Assembly (NCBI GenBank): GCA_001643675.2
Contig: LSRY02000016.1
Location: 1,612,001-1,676,000, forward strand
Direction: 5' to 3'
Source of the DNA: Monocercomonoides exilis PA203
Lineage: Eukaryota; Protista; Preaxostyla
Length of the DNA stretch: 64,000 bases
The position numbers and the translations under genes were made by a program. How positions within the stretch are numbered: the stretch's first letter is position 1; each line of letters opens with the position of its first letter. This document shows positions 12,831-26,559 of the stretch, piece after piece. The notes below the pieces were generated by a model that was not told the origin of the DNA, searched no databases, and worked only from the letters and a program-made list of their open reading frames with translations.

Positions 12831-14667
12831 TCAAAAGCGGCCAATTGGTGGTGATGATGATCTATATTCTAATAATTTCATTCAAAAATTAGAATTGGCA
12901 TTTTTTTAATTTAAAAAGAGAAAGAGATGGGAAAAAGTTTCAAACCTTTATCAAAGGACCAAATCTCAAAAGAGCGTATACTAAAATCGGGTTTTGAAGA
13001 GAGGACAGGAGAATTGAAAGTTGAGCAAAAAGCAGACGTTCCTTCAGAAAGCGAAGGAAGAATTCTAATTGCTATTCCATTTCTTTAAAAGAGAGAGAGA
13101 AAGAGAAAGAGAAAGAAATGAATAAATTAAGAAGAAATGAATAAATACATACATACATAAATAAATAAATAAAATAAAATAAAATAAAAAATAAAATAAA
13201 ATATTATTTTCTCATTTTTTTCACCATAATATTTATCACACCCTCCTCCAACAGAAATTCCGTCTCTGCACAAAATATAAAACGTGTTCAGCCGAGTTGA
13301 GGAATATTTAGTGATTTTCGGCTGATTTGAAGAACCAGATATATCAGAAGAGGAAGAAAAAGAAGAAGAAGAAGAAGAAGAGGAGGAGGAGGAGGAAGAA
13401 GAAGAAGAAGAAGAAGCAATAGAAGAAGAAGAAGAAGAAGGAAGAGGATCAGAAAGAGCAAACACAAAAGTCTCAGAAGTACCGTAGTATCTGGGGTGAG
13501 GGGTGAGCGGATGAGATAAGAATGCTCCGAATATCTGGAAGAGAATTAATGGGGGAAAAAATAAAATTAATAAAAGAAAAAATATTGAAAATAAATTTAT
13601 GAATAAATAAATAAATAAATATTGTTTTTATTATTTTTCATTTCTTAATTCATCTCTTCTTCGCTTTCACCACATAAATATAAAAGCCTCAATATTTATA
13701 TAAAAGCATATAAAATTCTCACACAGACTCTCACATTAATACTCATTCATTCATTCACACATATATATATATATATATTCTCACAATTCATTCATTCATT
13801 CATTCATTCTTATCAAATTCACATTCTCATTCTCACTCACATTTCACATTTCATCTTTCACATATCACATTTTTTATTCCACACCTTCTTCCTCTCGTCT
13901 TTTATCAGCATCAGCACAGGTCCTTTTGTTCTTGTCTGTTTTGCCTCTAACGTTGTCAAAGACGTCCCGTGAATGTTTGTGTCAAAGAGAAGCTCGAATT
14001 CTCTTGTTCTGTATTTGAAAGGGATGATGGAGAAGAGTAAAGAAGAAAGAAGAGGAGATGAAAGAAGAGGAGAAGAGGAAGAAGAAGAGGAGGAGGAAAA
14101 GGAAGAGGAAGAGGAAGAAAGAGAAGAAGGAGAAATGTGAAGAAGGGAAGGGCGGAGGTAGTTGAGGCGAGGGGGAGGAGGAGGGGAAGAAGAGGAAGAG
14201 GAAGAGGAAGAAGAAGAAGAAGAATGAAAAATGGAAGAAGAAGGAAAAGAAGAAGAAGAAGAAGATGATGATGATGATGATATTGATGAGAAAGGAGGGG
14301 TAAGATGAGCAGGAGGTATAGAAAGAGATGAATCAGAAGAAGAATGAGCAGAAGAAGAAGCAGAAATGGAAGCAAAAGAAGAAGAAGAAAGAGGAGGAGG
14401 AGAAGAAGAAGAAGAAAATGAAGTAAAAGAAGAAAGAGGAGGAGGGGGAGGAGAAGGAGGAGAATAAAAAGAAGGAGAAAGAGGTTGGTTTTGAAAGTTT
14501 TGTGAGTCAGAAGAAGGAGCAGAGTAATCTGAGGAAACAGAACTGATGATGCTGCTTGTGATTTCAGAGGGGAGAAACTCATCCAAATCAGATAGAGTGA
14601 TCATGGGCCTGTGAAAAGGAAGGAAGGAAGGAAGGAAGGAAGGAAGGAAGGAAGGAAGGAAGGAAGG

Positions 14668-14711
<44 letters not shown>

Positions 14712-14714
14712 TAA

Positions 14715-14756
<42 letters not shown>

Positions 14757-14760
14757 AGAG

Positions 14761-14807
<47 letters not shown>

Positions 14808-17800
14808 TAAAGAGAGAAAGAGAGAGAGAAGAGGGATAATGGAGAGAGGGAATATATAGATAGATAGAGATAGGTTGATAGATAAAATGGAGAAAATAAA
14901 AAAAAATAATAATAATGTTAATAATAAGAAAGAAAGAAAGTGATTAAGCAAGAAATAGAGAAGAAAGAGGAAGAAAGAAAAATTATGTGGAAAAAAAAAA
15001 GCAAACACATTCGATCACAAATCACAAAAGCAAAAAAAAGAAAAATAAATAAATAAATTTCTTGAATCCACAAAATCCTTCATATAATCTTCGGTTTCTT
15101 TCTTTTTCTTTATCTTTTTCTTTCTTCTTTCTTCTCTTTCCTCCTCATCACACCTCAATCCAGAGTATGTCTTCTGATAATTCGTCCCTCCAGAAGATAT
15201 CAATTGTTCCAACTGCTTCATCTTCACCCATTGTTTGTCTTTCCTTTGCTCTTCCAATCTTTTTCTCTCTTCTTTCTCTTCCTTCCCTTCTCCTTCTCCT
15301 TCTTCTTGTTTCTCTTCACTTTCTTGTTCACTTTGACTAAAACCAAACAGCTTCTTCTGCTTTTGCTTCTTCTTCCTCATCTCCCTCTCCTTCTTCTTCC
15401 TCTTCCTTTCTTCTTCTTTCTCCTTCTCTTTCTCTTCTTTCCTCTTCTTCTCCTTTTCGATTTCTATTTGTATTTCTTCATCATCCACTGTCACAAATCC
15501 AATATCCAAATAATCATCACTCGAACTGGTTGATAAAATATCGCTTTCGTTCTCTTCTTCTTCCTCTTCTTCTTCTTCTCTTTCTTCTTCTTCTTCTCTT
15601 TCTTCCTCTTCCTCCTCTTCATCGTCATCATCTTCTTCTTCTTCCTTCCCTTCCTCAGGTTTATCTGCAAAATCAAACTTTCCTTCTGTATATACTCCAC
15701 TTTCACTTCTTCCTCTTCCTCTTCCTCTTCCTCTTTCTCTTCTTCCCTTTCTTTCTTTTCCTCTTCCTCTTCCCTTCTTTCTTCCTCCTCTTCCTCCTTC
15801 TCTTCCTCCTCTTCTTCTCCTTCTTCTCTCTTCTTCCCCCTGTGAACGCAAAGAACAAGCCAAACTTTTTAATTCATTCTTCATCACCTTCAACGTGTCA
15901 CTCGAAAGAGAAAGAGAAGAATCCGATGGAGAATACGAAGAAGACAATGAAGATGTTGAAATATCTTCATTGCCATCATCATCATCATCAAAATCTTCTT
16001 CTTCTTCTTCTTCTTCTTCTTCTCTCTTTCTCTCTTTCTCTCTTCTTTTTCTTCCTCTTTCTCCTCTTTCTCTTTCTCTTTCTTTCTCTTCTTCTTCTTC
16101 TCCCTCTTCTTCTCTTTCTCCTCTTTCTCCTCTTCTCCTTTCTGAAATCTCTTCTTCTTCAATCACAAACTCATTCGCTAACTCTTCAAAATCAAACATT
16201 GATAATATTTCTTCGCTTTTCATTTTGATTTTATCTTTTTTGTCTTTCTCCTTCTCTTCTTCTTTCTCTTTCTCTTTCTCATTTTCTTCTTTCTCTTTCT
16301 CTTTCTCTTCTTCTTTCTCTTTCTCTTTCTCTTTCTCTTTCTCTTTCTCATTTTCTTCTTTCTCATTTTCTTCTTTCTCTTCTTCTTCTTCTTCTTCTTC
16401 TTCTTCTTCCAACACAATCTGCAGCTCCTTCTCCAACTTCTTTACTTTCTCCTCTTCTTCTTCCATTTCCTTCAAAACTTCTTCAAATTTCCCTTCTGAA
16501 ATCATCTTTCTCTGCCTCCTCTTCTTCTCCCACTCAATTTCTTCGTTCATTTCCTTCCTTTTTTGCATTTCTTCTTTCTTCTTCATCCTCTTCAGCATCT
16601 TCTTCCTCTTCTGCCTCATGTACTCTTCATATGAGTTGCTATTTTCCCAATCTTCTTCTTCTTCTTCTTCTTCTTCTTCTTCTTCTTCTTCTCTTCTTCT
16701 TCTTCTTCTCCTTCTCTTTCCTTCTTCTCCTTCTCCTTCTCCTCTTTCTCCTTCCTCTCCTTCTTCTTCTCCTTCTCCTTCCATTTTCTTCCTCCTCCTC
16801 TTCTTCTTCTCTTTCTCTTTCTCTTTCTCTTTCTCCTCCTCCTCCTCCATCCTCAATGCCTCTTCCTTCTTCCTCCATTTCCTCATCTTTCTTCTTCTTT
16901 CTCTTTCTCTTCTTCTCTCTTCTGCTCCTTCTTCTTCTGCTTTTTGAAGCAAAATTTTCGATTTTTGTATGTTTTCTTGGATATTTTTGAGAAGAAGAAG
17001 GGAAGAAGAAGAAGGAACAAGAAGTTGGATGGAGATGAGGGTGAAGAAAGAGGAGGAGGAGGAGGAGGAAGAAGAAGAGGAAGAAGAAGAAAGAGAAGAA
17101 GAGGAAGAAGAAAATTGAGATTTCAATGAATTGTCATGTGATTGTCCTGATAAATTGCTAGTTTTGAATGAATTTGCAAGAGGATTAAGAGAAAAATGAT
17201 GATGATTCAATAAAATTTCTTCTTTGCTTGAAGAAGAGGAGGAAGAAGAGGAGGAAGAAGAGGAGGAAGAGGAGGAAGAGGAGGAAGAGGAAGAAGGGAA
17301 AGAAGAGGAGGAGGAAGAGGAAGAGGAAAGAGAAGAAGAAGAAGAAAGAGAAGAAGAAGAAGAAGAACAATTATCAACGCATTTACAAGTTTTATTATTA
17401 TTCCGTTTAATTTCTTTTCCTTCTTCATTGAACAACTTGTGAATTTTCAAATTTGTTTGAAAAGGAGAAAGTTGCTTAGAAATGGCTGAATAAAAAGGGG
17501 AAGCTTTGCCTGGGACGATGAGGAAGAGAGTGAGAAGAGAGGCAGAAGAAGAAGGAAAAGAGGAGGAAGAAGAAGAAGAGGGAGAAGAAGAAAAAGAATG
17601 AAATCTTTGAGAAGAAGAAGAAGAGAAAGAAGAGGAGGAAGAGGGAGAAGAAGAAGAGAAAGGAAGAGAACGAGAAAGAGGAAAAGAAGACAAATGTGTT
17701 TGCTTGTTTTTAGTTTCTTTTGAGTTGTTTGTGGAACGAGGAAGAGGAGGAGTTGGAGGAAGATGATTAGAATGAGAAGAAGAAGAGGAGGAGGAGGAAG

Positions 17801-19956
17801 AAGAAGAAGAAGAAGAAGAAAGAGGAAGAGGAAGAGGAAGAGAAGAAGATGAAGAAGAAGGAGGAGGAAGAGAAGAGGAAGGTGATGAATGCATCGGAGA
17901 AATAGAAGACGGAGAAATAGAAGAAGAAGAAGATGATGATGATGATGATGATGAAACATTAATAGGAGTTTTAGAGAGATTAGAAGAAATGTCTAAGGAA
18001 AGAGAATATCTTGGATTGGGTGGGAAGACAAAGGAAGAAGAAGGAGGAGAAGAGGAAGAAGAGGAAGAAGAAGAGGAAGAGGAGGAGGGGGAGGAAGTAG
18101 AAGAAGAAGAAGAAAAGGAGTGAAATCTTTGAGAAGAAAGAGAAGAAGAGGAAAAAGAGGAAAAAGAGGAAGAAAGAGAAGAAGAAGAAATTCTTTCCAA
18201 TTCGTCTAATGAAATGGCAGAATGAGAAGAAAGAGCAACAGAATGAATTAGACTTGTTGGGTAGCAGATGGAGAAGGGAGGGAAAGAAGAGGAAGAGAAG
18301 GAGGAAGAGGAAGAAGAAGAAGAAGAAGAAGATTTCGGAGAAATAGAAGACGGAGAATTAAAAGAAGAAGAAGAGAAAGAGGAAGAAGAAGAAGAAGAAG
18401 AAGAAGAAGAAGAAGAAGAAGAAGAAGAAGAGAAAGAAGTTACATTTCCTTTTTCTTGTTCTTCTTTTGCTTTGTTTTGGATGTCAGCAAATGGGTTGAA
18501 AAAGGAAAAAGAAGGAAAAACGGAAGAAAACTGAGAAGATGAGAGCTCAAAGAGAAGAGGGTTTATTCGAAAGAAGCAGGAAGAAAGGAGGAAGTGCTGA
18601 GAAAGAGGAGGAAACGAGAAAGAGGAAGAGGAAGAGGAAGAAAAAGGAGAAGAAGGAAAGGAAGAAGAAGAATTGTTTTCTGTTGTTTCTTCTTCCACTT
18701 TATTTGTTTCTTTATCTTCATCTCTTTTCTCTTTCTCTTTCTCTTTCTCTTTCTCTTTCTCTTTCTCTTTCTCTTTCTCTTTCTCTTTCTCTTTCTCTTT
18801 CTTCATCTTCATCTTTTGGATGTTTCTTTCTTCAATCTCAAATTCTTCCCCATCAATTTCATAATCATCTTCTTTTCTTCTAACAAACACACATCGTTCT
18901 CTTCTTTCTCTCAATTTCTTCTTCTTTTCTTTGTTTTTCTTCTCTTTTTCTTCCTTCCTCTCTTTTTCTTCCTCTTCCTCCATCTTCTTCTTCTCTGCTC
19001 TTCGTTCATTTCGCATTGTTTTATACTCGTTCATTGTCTTTTTCCCTTCCTTCACCAATTTCAGCATTTCCTCTTTCTTCTTGCCCCATTCTTGCTTCTT
19101 CTTTATTTTCTCTCTCATTTTCCTTCTTTCTTTCATTTTCTGGTAAAATTTCTCTTTCTTTCTTGTCAACATCTTGTTCACAATGGAATGTGCGAACGAA
19201 TTTATCAGCTTTTTGGAAGGAGAAGAGGTGGAAATGAAGGAAGGGAAGGAGAAAGAGGAAGAAGAAGAAGAAGAAGAAAGAGAAGAAGAAGAAAGAGAAG
19301 AAGAAGAAGAAAGAGAAGAAGAAGAAGAAGAAAGAGGAAGAGGAATATGAGAAGAAAAAGAATAAGACGATAATGATGAAGGAGAGGAAGAGGAAGAAGA
19401 AGAAGAAGAAGAAGAAGAAGGAAAAGAAGAAAAAGGAAGAGATTTTCGTCTTGGGTGTTTCGATTTCTGAGAAAGAGGCAAAGAAACAGTGGCAGAAGAA
19501 GCAGCAGAATCGAAAGGAGAAGCAATATTTTGAAGGAGAAGAAGAGAAGGAGAAGGAGAAGAGGAAGAAGAGGAAGAAGAGGAAGAGGAAGAAGAGGATG
19601 AAGAAGGAGGAGAAATTGAATGAGAATGAACGAAGGAAGGGAAAAGAGAAGGAGAAGGAGAAGAAAAAGAAGGAGAAGAAAATAAAGAAGAAGAAGGAAA
19701 TGAAGAAGAAGAAGAAGAAGAAGCAGTAGAGAAAGAGGAAAGAAGAGAAAGAGAACGTTCTTTTAAGTTGGAGACGAAGAGTGGGTGAGAGACAAGAAGA
19801 TAAGAGGAGGAGAGGAAGGGAGAAGGAGAAGGAGAAGAGGAAGAGGAAGAGGAAGAAGAAAGAGAAGAAGAAGAGGAGGAGGAGGAAGAAGAAGAAGAAT
19901 TAATCAGTTCTGTATTCTTTCTTTTCTTCTCTCTTTTTCTTTGAGAAGAATGTTTT

Positions 19957-20009
<53 letters not shown>

Positions 20010-21003
20010 AGAGAAAAAAGTGTCAACAGATTTTGAACGACTAAGTTTTGAAGAAGAGCCGCGAGAAGAAAGAAGATGTGAAAGTTTTATTTGAAATTTT
20101 TCTTTTCTCTTTCTTTCTTTCTCTTCTTTCTTCTTCTTCTTCCTTTCTTCTTCTTCCTTCTTCTTCGCTATTCTTTCGCTTCTTTTCCTTTCTTTCACTT
20201 CTTTCTCCTTTTGCTGTGAGCTTTTTCCGATCGATTTTGACTCAACTTTCACATCGTCTTCATCCACAAACATTAGCCCGTTATCTAATTGTTCTTCTTC
20301 TTCCTCTTCTTCCTCTTCTTTTATTTCTTCTTCTTCTTTTTCTTTTTCTTCTTCCTCTTCTCTTTCTTTCTTCTTCTCTTTCTCTTTCTCTTTCTCTTTC
20401 TCTTCTTTCCCTTTTAACACAAAACTTTTCACCCCCAAAAATGCATTCGAAAATATGCTGTTTTTTCTGACTTTCGTTTTATTGTCATCATCTTTTTCTC
20501 TTTTTCTATTCTTTTCTTCTTCCTCTCCTCTTTCTTCTTTTATAACTTCCTCCTCTTCTTCCTCCTCCTCTTCAATTTCTTCATCCTCTTCCTCTTCTTC
20601 TTCTTCCTCCTCCTCCTCCTCACTCATCCACCCCCATCCTTCTTCCTCCTCCTCTTCCTCTTCCTCTTCTTCACCACAACCCTCGTTTGCACTCTCCCAT
20701 CCACAGCTTTTACTTCTCCTTCTCTTCATATTCTCTTTCTCTTTCTCCTTCTCCTTCTCCTTCTCCTTCTTCCTCTTCCCCCTCATTTCTTCTCCTTCCC
20801 TTCTTCCTTTCTCTCTCTGCCCCTTCGGACAAATCCTCCAAAGCTCCCAAATTTTGCTTTCTTCTTTCTTTTCCTCGTGTTTTTCGCTCAGCGCTCGGAA
20901 ATTTGGATGAATGGACATTTTCAATGAAGAGGAAAGAGGGGGAGATGAAGAAGAGCCACGACGTTGTGTGGATTTAGCAGAAGGAAGGAAAGAAGAAGAA
21001 GAA

Positions 21004-21036
<33 letters not shown>

Positions 21037-21971
21037 GCAATAGAAGAAGAAGAAGAATTATAAGAATAAGAAGAATAAGAAGCATCCTGTCTAATTCGTG
21101 CAGAGTTTGCATCCTTCCCCGCGTAAACAAGCTCAAACAGCCTGAAGAAGCGCTGGATGGTTTTCGTCGATTCTTCGGTCTCTGCTCTCTGCACAGGCAT
21201 CGCCCACTCGTGTGAGTAGTGCTGCTGCCCTTGCCCTGCAGACGCCACGCCAGACGCCATCACAAACGGCTGGAAGACTCCAATCTTTGCGGCGGCTCGG
21301 CTTTGCTCCTCGTCTGCAAGTAATATGACAGGGCTGCTGTGGGTGCGGCTGCGCTTTTCCAGTTTTCGCTCGGCTCGTCTTAGCAACTTTCTTGTTGTTC
21401 GCTTCCTCCTTCTCCAGATTGAAAGCACTTTTTTTTGAACAAGTTTTTCCCAAATGTGTGTTTGATTTTCGTCGATTTGCTTTCTTCCCCCCCGAACAAT
21501 CCAAAATAAAAAATCAAGAAGAAATGAAGAAGCAAGCGATAGAGAAGCTTGTAATTTCAATTTTTTACGAGCTTGAAGAGTGTTTTCTTTTCGATAAATT
21601 GTTTGATTTCGATTAATTAATGTTTCTTTTGTTAAACGCTCACGATTATATGTCGTTTTTTCTTCCATTTGCAAACAATTTGCATTATCATGCAAATCAA
21701 TAAGTTCTTGTTTCTTCTTTTGAGGGCTTCCAATTAAGCCTTCATCAATTTCTATAAAGTCAAAAATTTCATCATCATTTTCTTCTTGAAATGGCATTTT
21801 TGGCAGGCTATCTTTTCGTTCCATCTCTTTTCGCGCTTTTATTTTGTCGTATAGGCATTTTTCTTTAAGCTTACGACTTTCTTTAATTTCATTATTTTTG
21901 TGAATAATATAAAAACATGCAAATTGGTACATGTTCCTTTTGAACGACGTAAGTCCAATTTGATTGTTCAT
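12831..21971 (-). CDS. Giant low-complexity protein with C-terminal TLDc (OXR1/NCOA7-type) domain
   Basis: Spliced exons give FELLFDTNIHGTSLTTL..GPVLMLIKD|IFGAFLS..YYGTSETFVF..ISVGGG|GIAIRI..CSTFNSPVL..FEIWSF. Link to the ~7-kb ORF 15015-21971 via a phase-compatible intron (~14609-15153) is inferred. Confidence 0.75.
14611..14875. repeat. Compound (GGAA)n/(GA)n microsatellite in a TLDc-gene intron
   Basis: Directly visible tandem runs. Confidence 0.95.
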
Positions 21972-22274
21972 TTCAACTGTTCAAATAAAAATAGATGAGA
22001 TCAATAAACTGAATTCTTATGAAGCTTTTCTTTAATAACCAAATAAAACAAAAAAAGATAGATCTTAACCATCATGAAGATAATTGATAACAAATTTATA
22101 ACTAACTATTTTGAAAACTAAATCGCATTATTCAAATGCAACTGAAATAAAAATGTGAAGCACTGATATAGTAATATGAAATTACCTCAAAAATATGTGA
22201 AATGAAAGATAAATATTAATTTTCCGAAATAACTGTTTTCAAAAACTATTTTCGCATATTTTCGAAAGTGCAGC

Positions 22275-22771
22275 TTACTGACTTGATCTGCATTCCTTCA
22301 AATTCTTCACAAGATGCTGGGTAAAAATTGTGATGTAAACATTAAAAAAAGATCAATATAAGAAAAGATAACAAGGCAATATAAACCAAAATGCGATAAT
22401 TCAAGTGTGCATTTGAATCTTTTAATTTCAAGTTTTCCTCTGTAACCTAAAATATATCAATTATTTGTTGATAGTACAGAAAAAATGCGATTTTTTTTCT
22501 ATAGATAAAAATTGAGAACCTTTGCAAGCTTTTCTTCCATTTCAAGATGTTTTCTCCTGTCTTGATACATCGTACTTCTTAAAATACGCAATTCTTTAAG
22601 GATATTCAATTTATACTGACGAAGAGCTTCAGTATCATCTCCTTTAAAATTTTAGTAATAAATCTTATTCTTTCCGGAAAAAATGGAATTGAAAATACCT
22701 TGCATCGATTCTATTTGATCTACCCTTGAAGATAAACTGTCGATTCGTGATTCTATTTCTGAGATTGACAT
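22275..22771 (-). CDS. 98-aa four-exon coiled-coil protein (absent from ORF track)
   Basis: Exons 22771-22699, 22641-22520, 22446-22387, 22316-22275 with GT-AG introns splice in frame: MSISEIESRIDSLSSRVDQIESMQGDDTEALRQYKLNILKELRILRSTMYQDRRKHLEMEEKLAKVTEENLKLKDSNAHLNYRILHLVKNLKECRSSQ*. Confidence 0.85.
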
Positions 22772-24543
22772 CAACCTTTCAGATAAAACTTTTGATCAAA
22801 ACGTATTATAAGTTTTTGTTGAAATATTTTCGATTTTTGAATATATAATTATAAAAATTTTTTATTGACCGACTGTTGTATAACTTTTAATAGTCTAAGC
22901 AATTTGAAATAAATATTAGCATGTATTTTAATGTTTTTTTTTTATTGTTTCAAAAATCTGCTGTTCAATTAATTCACATATTCTTCAAGCTCGTGTGAAA
23001 AAAAGGGAGCAAAAGGAACTTAATTTGAGAGTGCGTTCATCTTCCTACCATTCATTCTGTGTCGTGGATATTGAATCAAATCAAGAAGGATGTTTGTTTG
23101 TTTTTAAAATTATTGAAGAAAAGCTTTCATCGAATGTGGAATAAAGCATCGACACTGACTTGAACAGTTGTTTAGAAAGTTTTTCATTATTTTTTGAAAA
23201 TATATAGAATTAAAATGGTCTTATATTTGCAGAAATGAGAAGGATTGAACTTGCTTTCAAAAGAAATGGAAAAAATTAATTTATGAAAGCAGGAATAACA
23301 TTTCATTATTTCATGGATCTTCAACCTGGATGAAGAGTGACGAGCATTTTTGAGATGGCTATTCATTTTTTGATTGTTATCTCACTCAAACAGCTGAGAA
23401 GTGGGAAAAATGGAAAAAATTGCTGAATAATGCATCTTTGGCTGAATCGACTGGAAGCATTGCGGAAATTCTTGTACTGAAGATTTCCATATATGAACAT
23501 AACTTCTGATTGAGCACAAGTTGAAGTGAACAATTTCAATTGCTGACGTTTTTGTCATGAAACTTTCCACATGTGTTTCCTTCAAAACCGTCAATGTTGG
23601 TCAAGCATCTTTTTTTCCGAATATTGTGTTGATAAAAGCGACTTCTCATTTTACTCGATTTCATGTAAAGATGCACCAACAAACCAAGGCAATTCACCCC
23701 GTTTTCTGCTTATCTTTTGCCTGTGTTGACAACTGCAACCTTTTTCGTCCTTTATTTCGAGTTCGCATTCTGACTTCTTTGGAAAATGGAATGAGCAAAA
23801 AAATTGGTGTATTCAATGAAAGATTATTAAATCTGATCATCAGTCGATAAGATATTTTTATAGGATGTGCTTTGAGTGGATTCCTGCATGAATATAGCCT
23901 CAATATGATGAGTTTAACGATCGAAAATCGAAATCTTTCGGAAATGTTGAACGAAGAAGTGCAAACAACAGAATTTGCAACCAAACAATCTAAAACAAAT
24001 GAAGACTCTTAACCGGAAAATAATCAGATGTGTCCTCTTCTTTTTCAAAAAATGAAATGTCACATGATTTATAAAATCTTCGCAACAAATCAATCGCCTA
24101 TTATGGAAATTTTCTCTTCAACAATTTGATATTTCTCTTCCTTTCTTCTCATTTCCATCGCCTTCAAGGAATGGGCATGAATCACAAACAGAATCTTGAT
24201 CTCTCTGAACACAAAATTGAACATATTTTAAATTCTAAATTTTTGATAAAAAATTTAGTATTTAATGAAAATGGAAATACTAAAGAACGACGAAAAGCAA
24301 ATGAAGATTCTTAGAAAAAAATATAACAAGAATTTCAAAAAGTCAATTCTTCTTTCACCTGATTCATCTTTTTCTCCAGATCATTCAGTATTGGAATTGG
24401 GCCAACCATTCCTTTTGACTGAAAGATAAGGAACTTCGAAAGGAAATGGAAAAAAAGAGCACCTGGGGTTGAGAGGCTTCAATCGACCTGACAATCACGA
24501 AGTGAAAGCATCAAATTCTTGTGATTCACAATCATCTCTTTTA

Positions 24544-26559
24544 GGTTAGTGTTTTTATTGGCACCATTTTTTTATTGGCACCAAATTTTTGAAGTGATAA
24601 AATTCAAAAAATACAGACTCAATTAGCAAAAATAAACAAAACTTTGGTCAAATAATCTTCGAATTTTTCTTTTTCCTGAACTTTGATCTGCAGAATTTTC
24701 TTCTTCGATATTTTCCAAATCATCATGCAAAATTCTTCGATAAACTCTTTTCATCTTTGACTTTAATGGAAGAGTATCTTCAATGTTTTCTGTTTCTTCT
24801 TCGGCTTCGGAACATTTCGCACTTGTTCGAATAAAGATATCTTCTTCCCACTTTTCTAAGAAATCCTCATTTGTGAGCAGTTTTCCGTAAAAATCAAAAC
24901 GATTTGAATAAGTGGGCAAAGGAAATGAAGAGTGTTTGGGTAATTTACGTAAAACTGGTCCTGACGATCTGAACAAAACACCACTTGCATCAAATGCATT
25001 CTTAATTACTGATGGTGCGAATGCAGAGTGAAGAGCTTGAGGAAGGATGTCCGCCAAAGCCCTTCTGTTGGAAGAAGCTGTTGAAGATTGAGGTATTTCT
25101 ATTGATGAATTTAAAACAGATTTAAGAACAGCAAAAACACCTCTATCGAGAGGTCGTGAAATATGTGTTGTGTGAGGAACAAATGTGATGACATCCACAT
25201 TCGATTCCATATATTTTCTCCAAATAATAGGGTTTGCACGAGAGCTGTGCGAATCAACGAAAAGCAAACATCTCTCTTCAGTCAATTTCATCCTTTTCTT
25301 TCTTTCTAATATTTCTGGAAGAAGAACACGCAAAGAGAATCGTTCGAATAAAGAAAAGTTCATCCAGCCGTTCGTATTGCACCACACATCAAGCGAAGGA
25401 GATAGAAAAGGAGTCAAATCTTCCGGAACATTTAAACTTGGCCAAAGAACAATTGAGGGCAAAGAAAATCCATCTGAGGCAACAGCAGCCACAAGCGTCG
25501 CATTTCGAACTCTCGAAGGTGCTAGACAACAGGCTGATGGAGACTCCGAGGATGTCGCAACAAGTTGTTGGAAATTATCAGATAATCTTAGAGATGATTC
25601 ATCAACATTAAAGATTAGCTCCCTTCGGTATTTGAACTTTGAATGCAAATCATCAAGCATTTCATACCAAGGTTTCAAAACGTCTTGACAAGATGCTGCA
25701 AGACGTTTTGAATCCAAAATTTTTGTCTTTTGTAATTTCAATTCTGGTTGATTTCGCAAGAAGGAATAAGTTGCGGATTTTGAAATTTCTTTTTTTGGTA
25801 AAGCATCAACTGGAATCTCTGAATCTTCATCTTCTATCGCATTTTCAATCTAAATAGAATCAAATAAATTGAAAAAAAAAATATTTGGCAAACTAATTCT
25901 TTTGTTTTCTTCACTGTCAGGTTTGTTCCACACTTTGCTTCAATTTTAATTACGTCTGTGACAATTTCCTTTTTTACCTTGCGCAGCAATGACGGTCTTC
26001 CAACTTTGGCAACATCCCTGTCACTTTTTACAGCCTTAACTGCATGGATGAGTGTTTTTTTGAAAATTCACCGAAGTTGATTGCATCCACAAGCCTGGCT
26101 TTTCCGTCAATCAGAATTCGCGCCATTCTCTCGAGTCTATTTTCATAAATGCGATAGTCAATCGACGCCATTTCTGCTTGCATTTTTCTTTTTCCTTCTT
26201 CAGCTTTTTTTTTGATCATAAAAAAACCAATCAATTTTTTGGGTAATGATCAAAAAAAAAGTCCATTTTAAGCAGCCAAAAGACATTTCAAGTTTTGATA
26301 TAGGTAGTATTTGCTTTAATATATTTTTGTTTATTCAATTTGTTTTTAAAAAGAATTTGTCATGTTTTTTTCATACGATAATTTCACTAACGAATATAAC
26401 TGTTGCCCCGAAATCAAATAAGCACATCTGTTCATCCGATGATGATAAAAACAATTGTTTGTGCAAATGATCTTTGTTTCTTATTGAAAATTATATCTTT
26501 CACAAAGAAATAGAAAAAAGGTGCCAATTAAAAAAAAGGTTCCAATAAAAACACAAACC
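24544..26559 (-). mobile_element. Full-length pogo/Fot1-like (Tc1/mariner superfamily) DNA transposon
   Basis: ~40-bp TIRs GGTTAGTGTTTTTATTGGCACC / GGTTCCAATAAAAACACAAACC, each with an internal ATTGGCACC-type repeat; TA at 24542-24543 and 26560-26561; encloses the transposase. Confidence 0.92.
24623..26183 (-). CDS. DD35D transposase (DDE_1), probably one intron, two frameshifts
   Basis: IFNVDES, LLFVDSHSSR and HISRPLD with 35 residues between the second and third Asp; N-terminal GRPSLL; putative 44-nt intron 25850-25893; frame breaks in A-runs at ~26058 and ~25793. Confidence 0.85.

Noticed and set aside
14601-21000. Many overlapping poly-L/F/S/E/R ORFs on both strands (also 51000-52900 and 59200-63700)
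   Set aside because: Shadow frames of stop-poor purine/pyrimidine microsatellites within real exons or introns.
23382-24540. Short ORFs as a possible recombinase or transposase remnant
   Set aside because: No catalytic motif could be identified in any frame; left unannotated.
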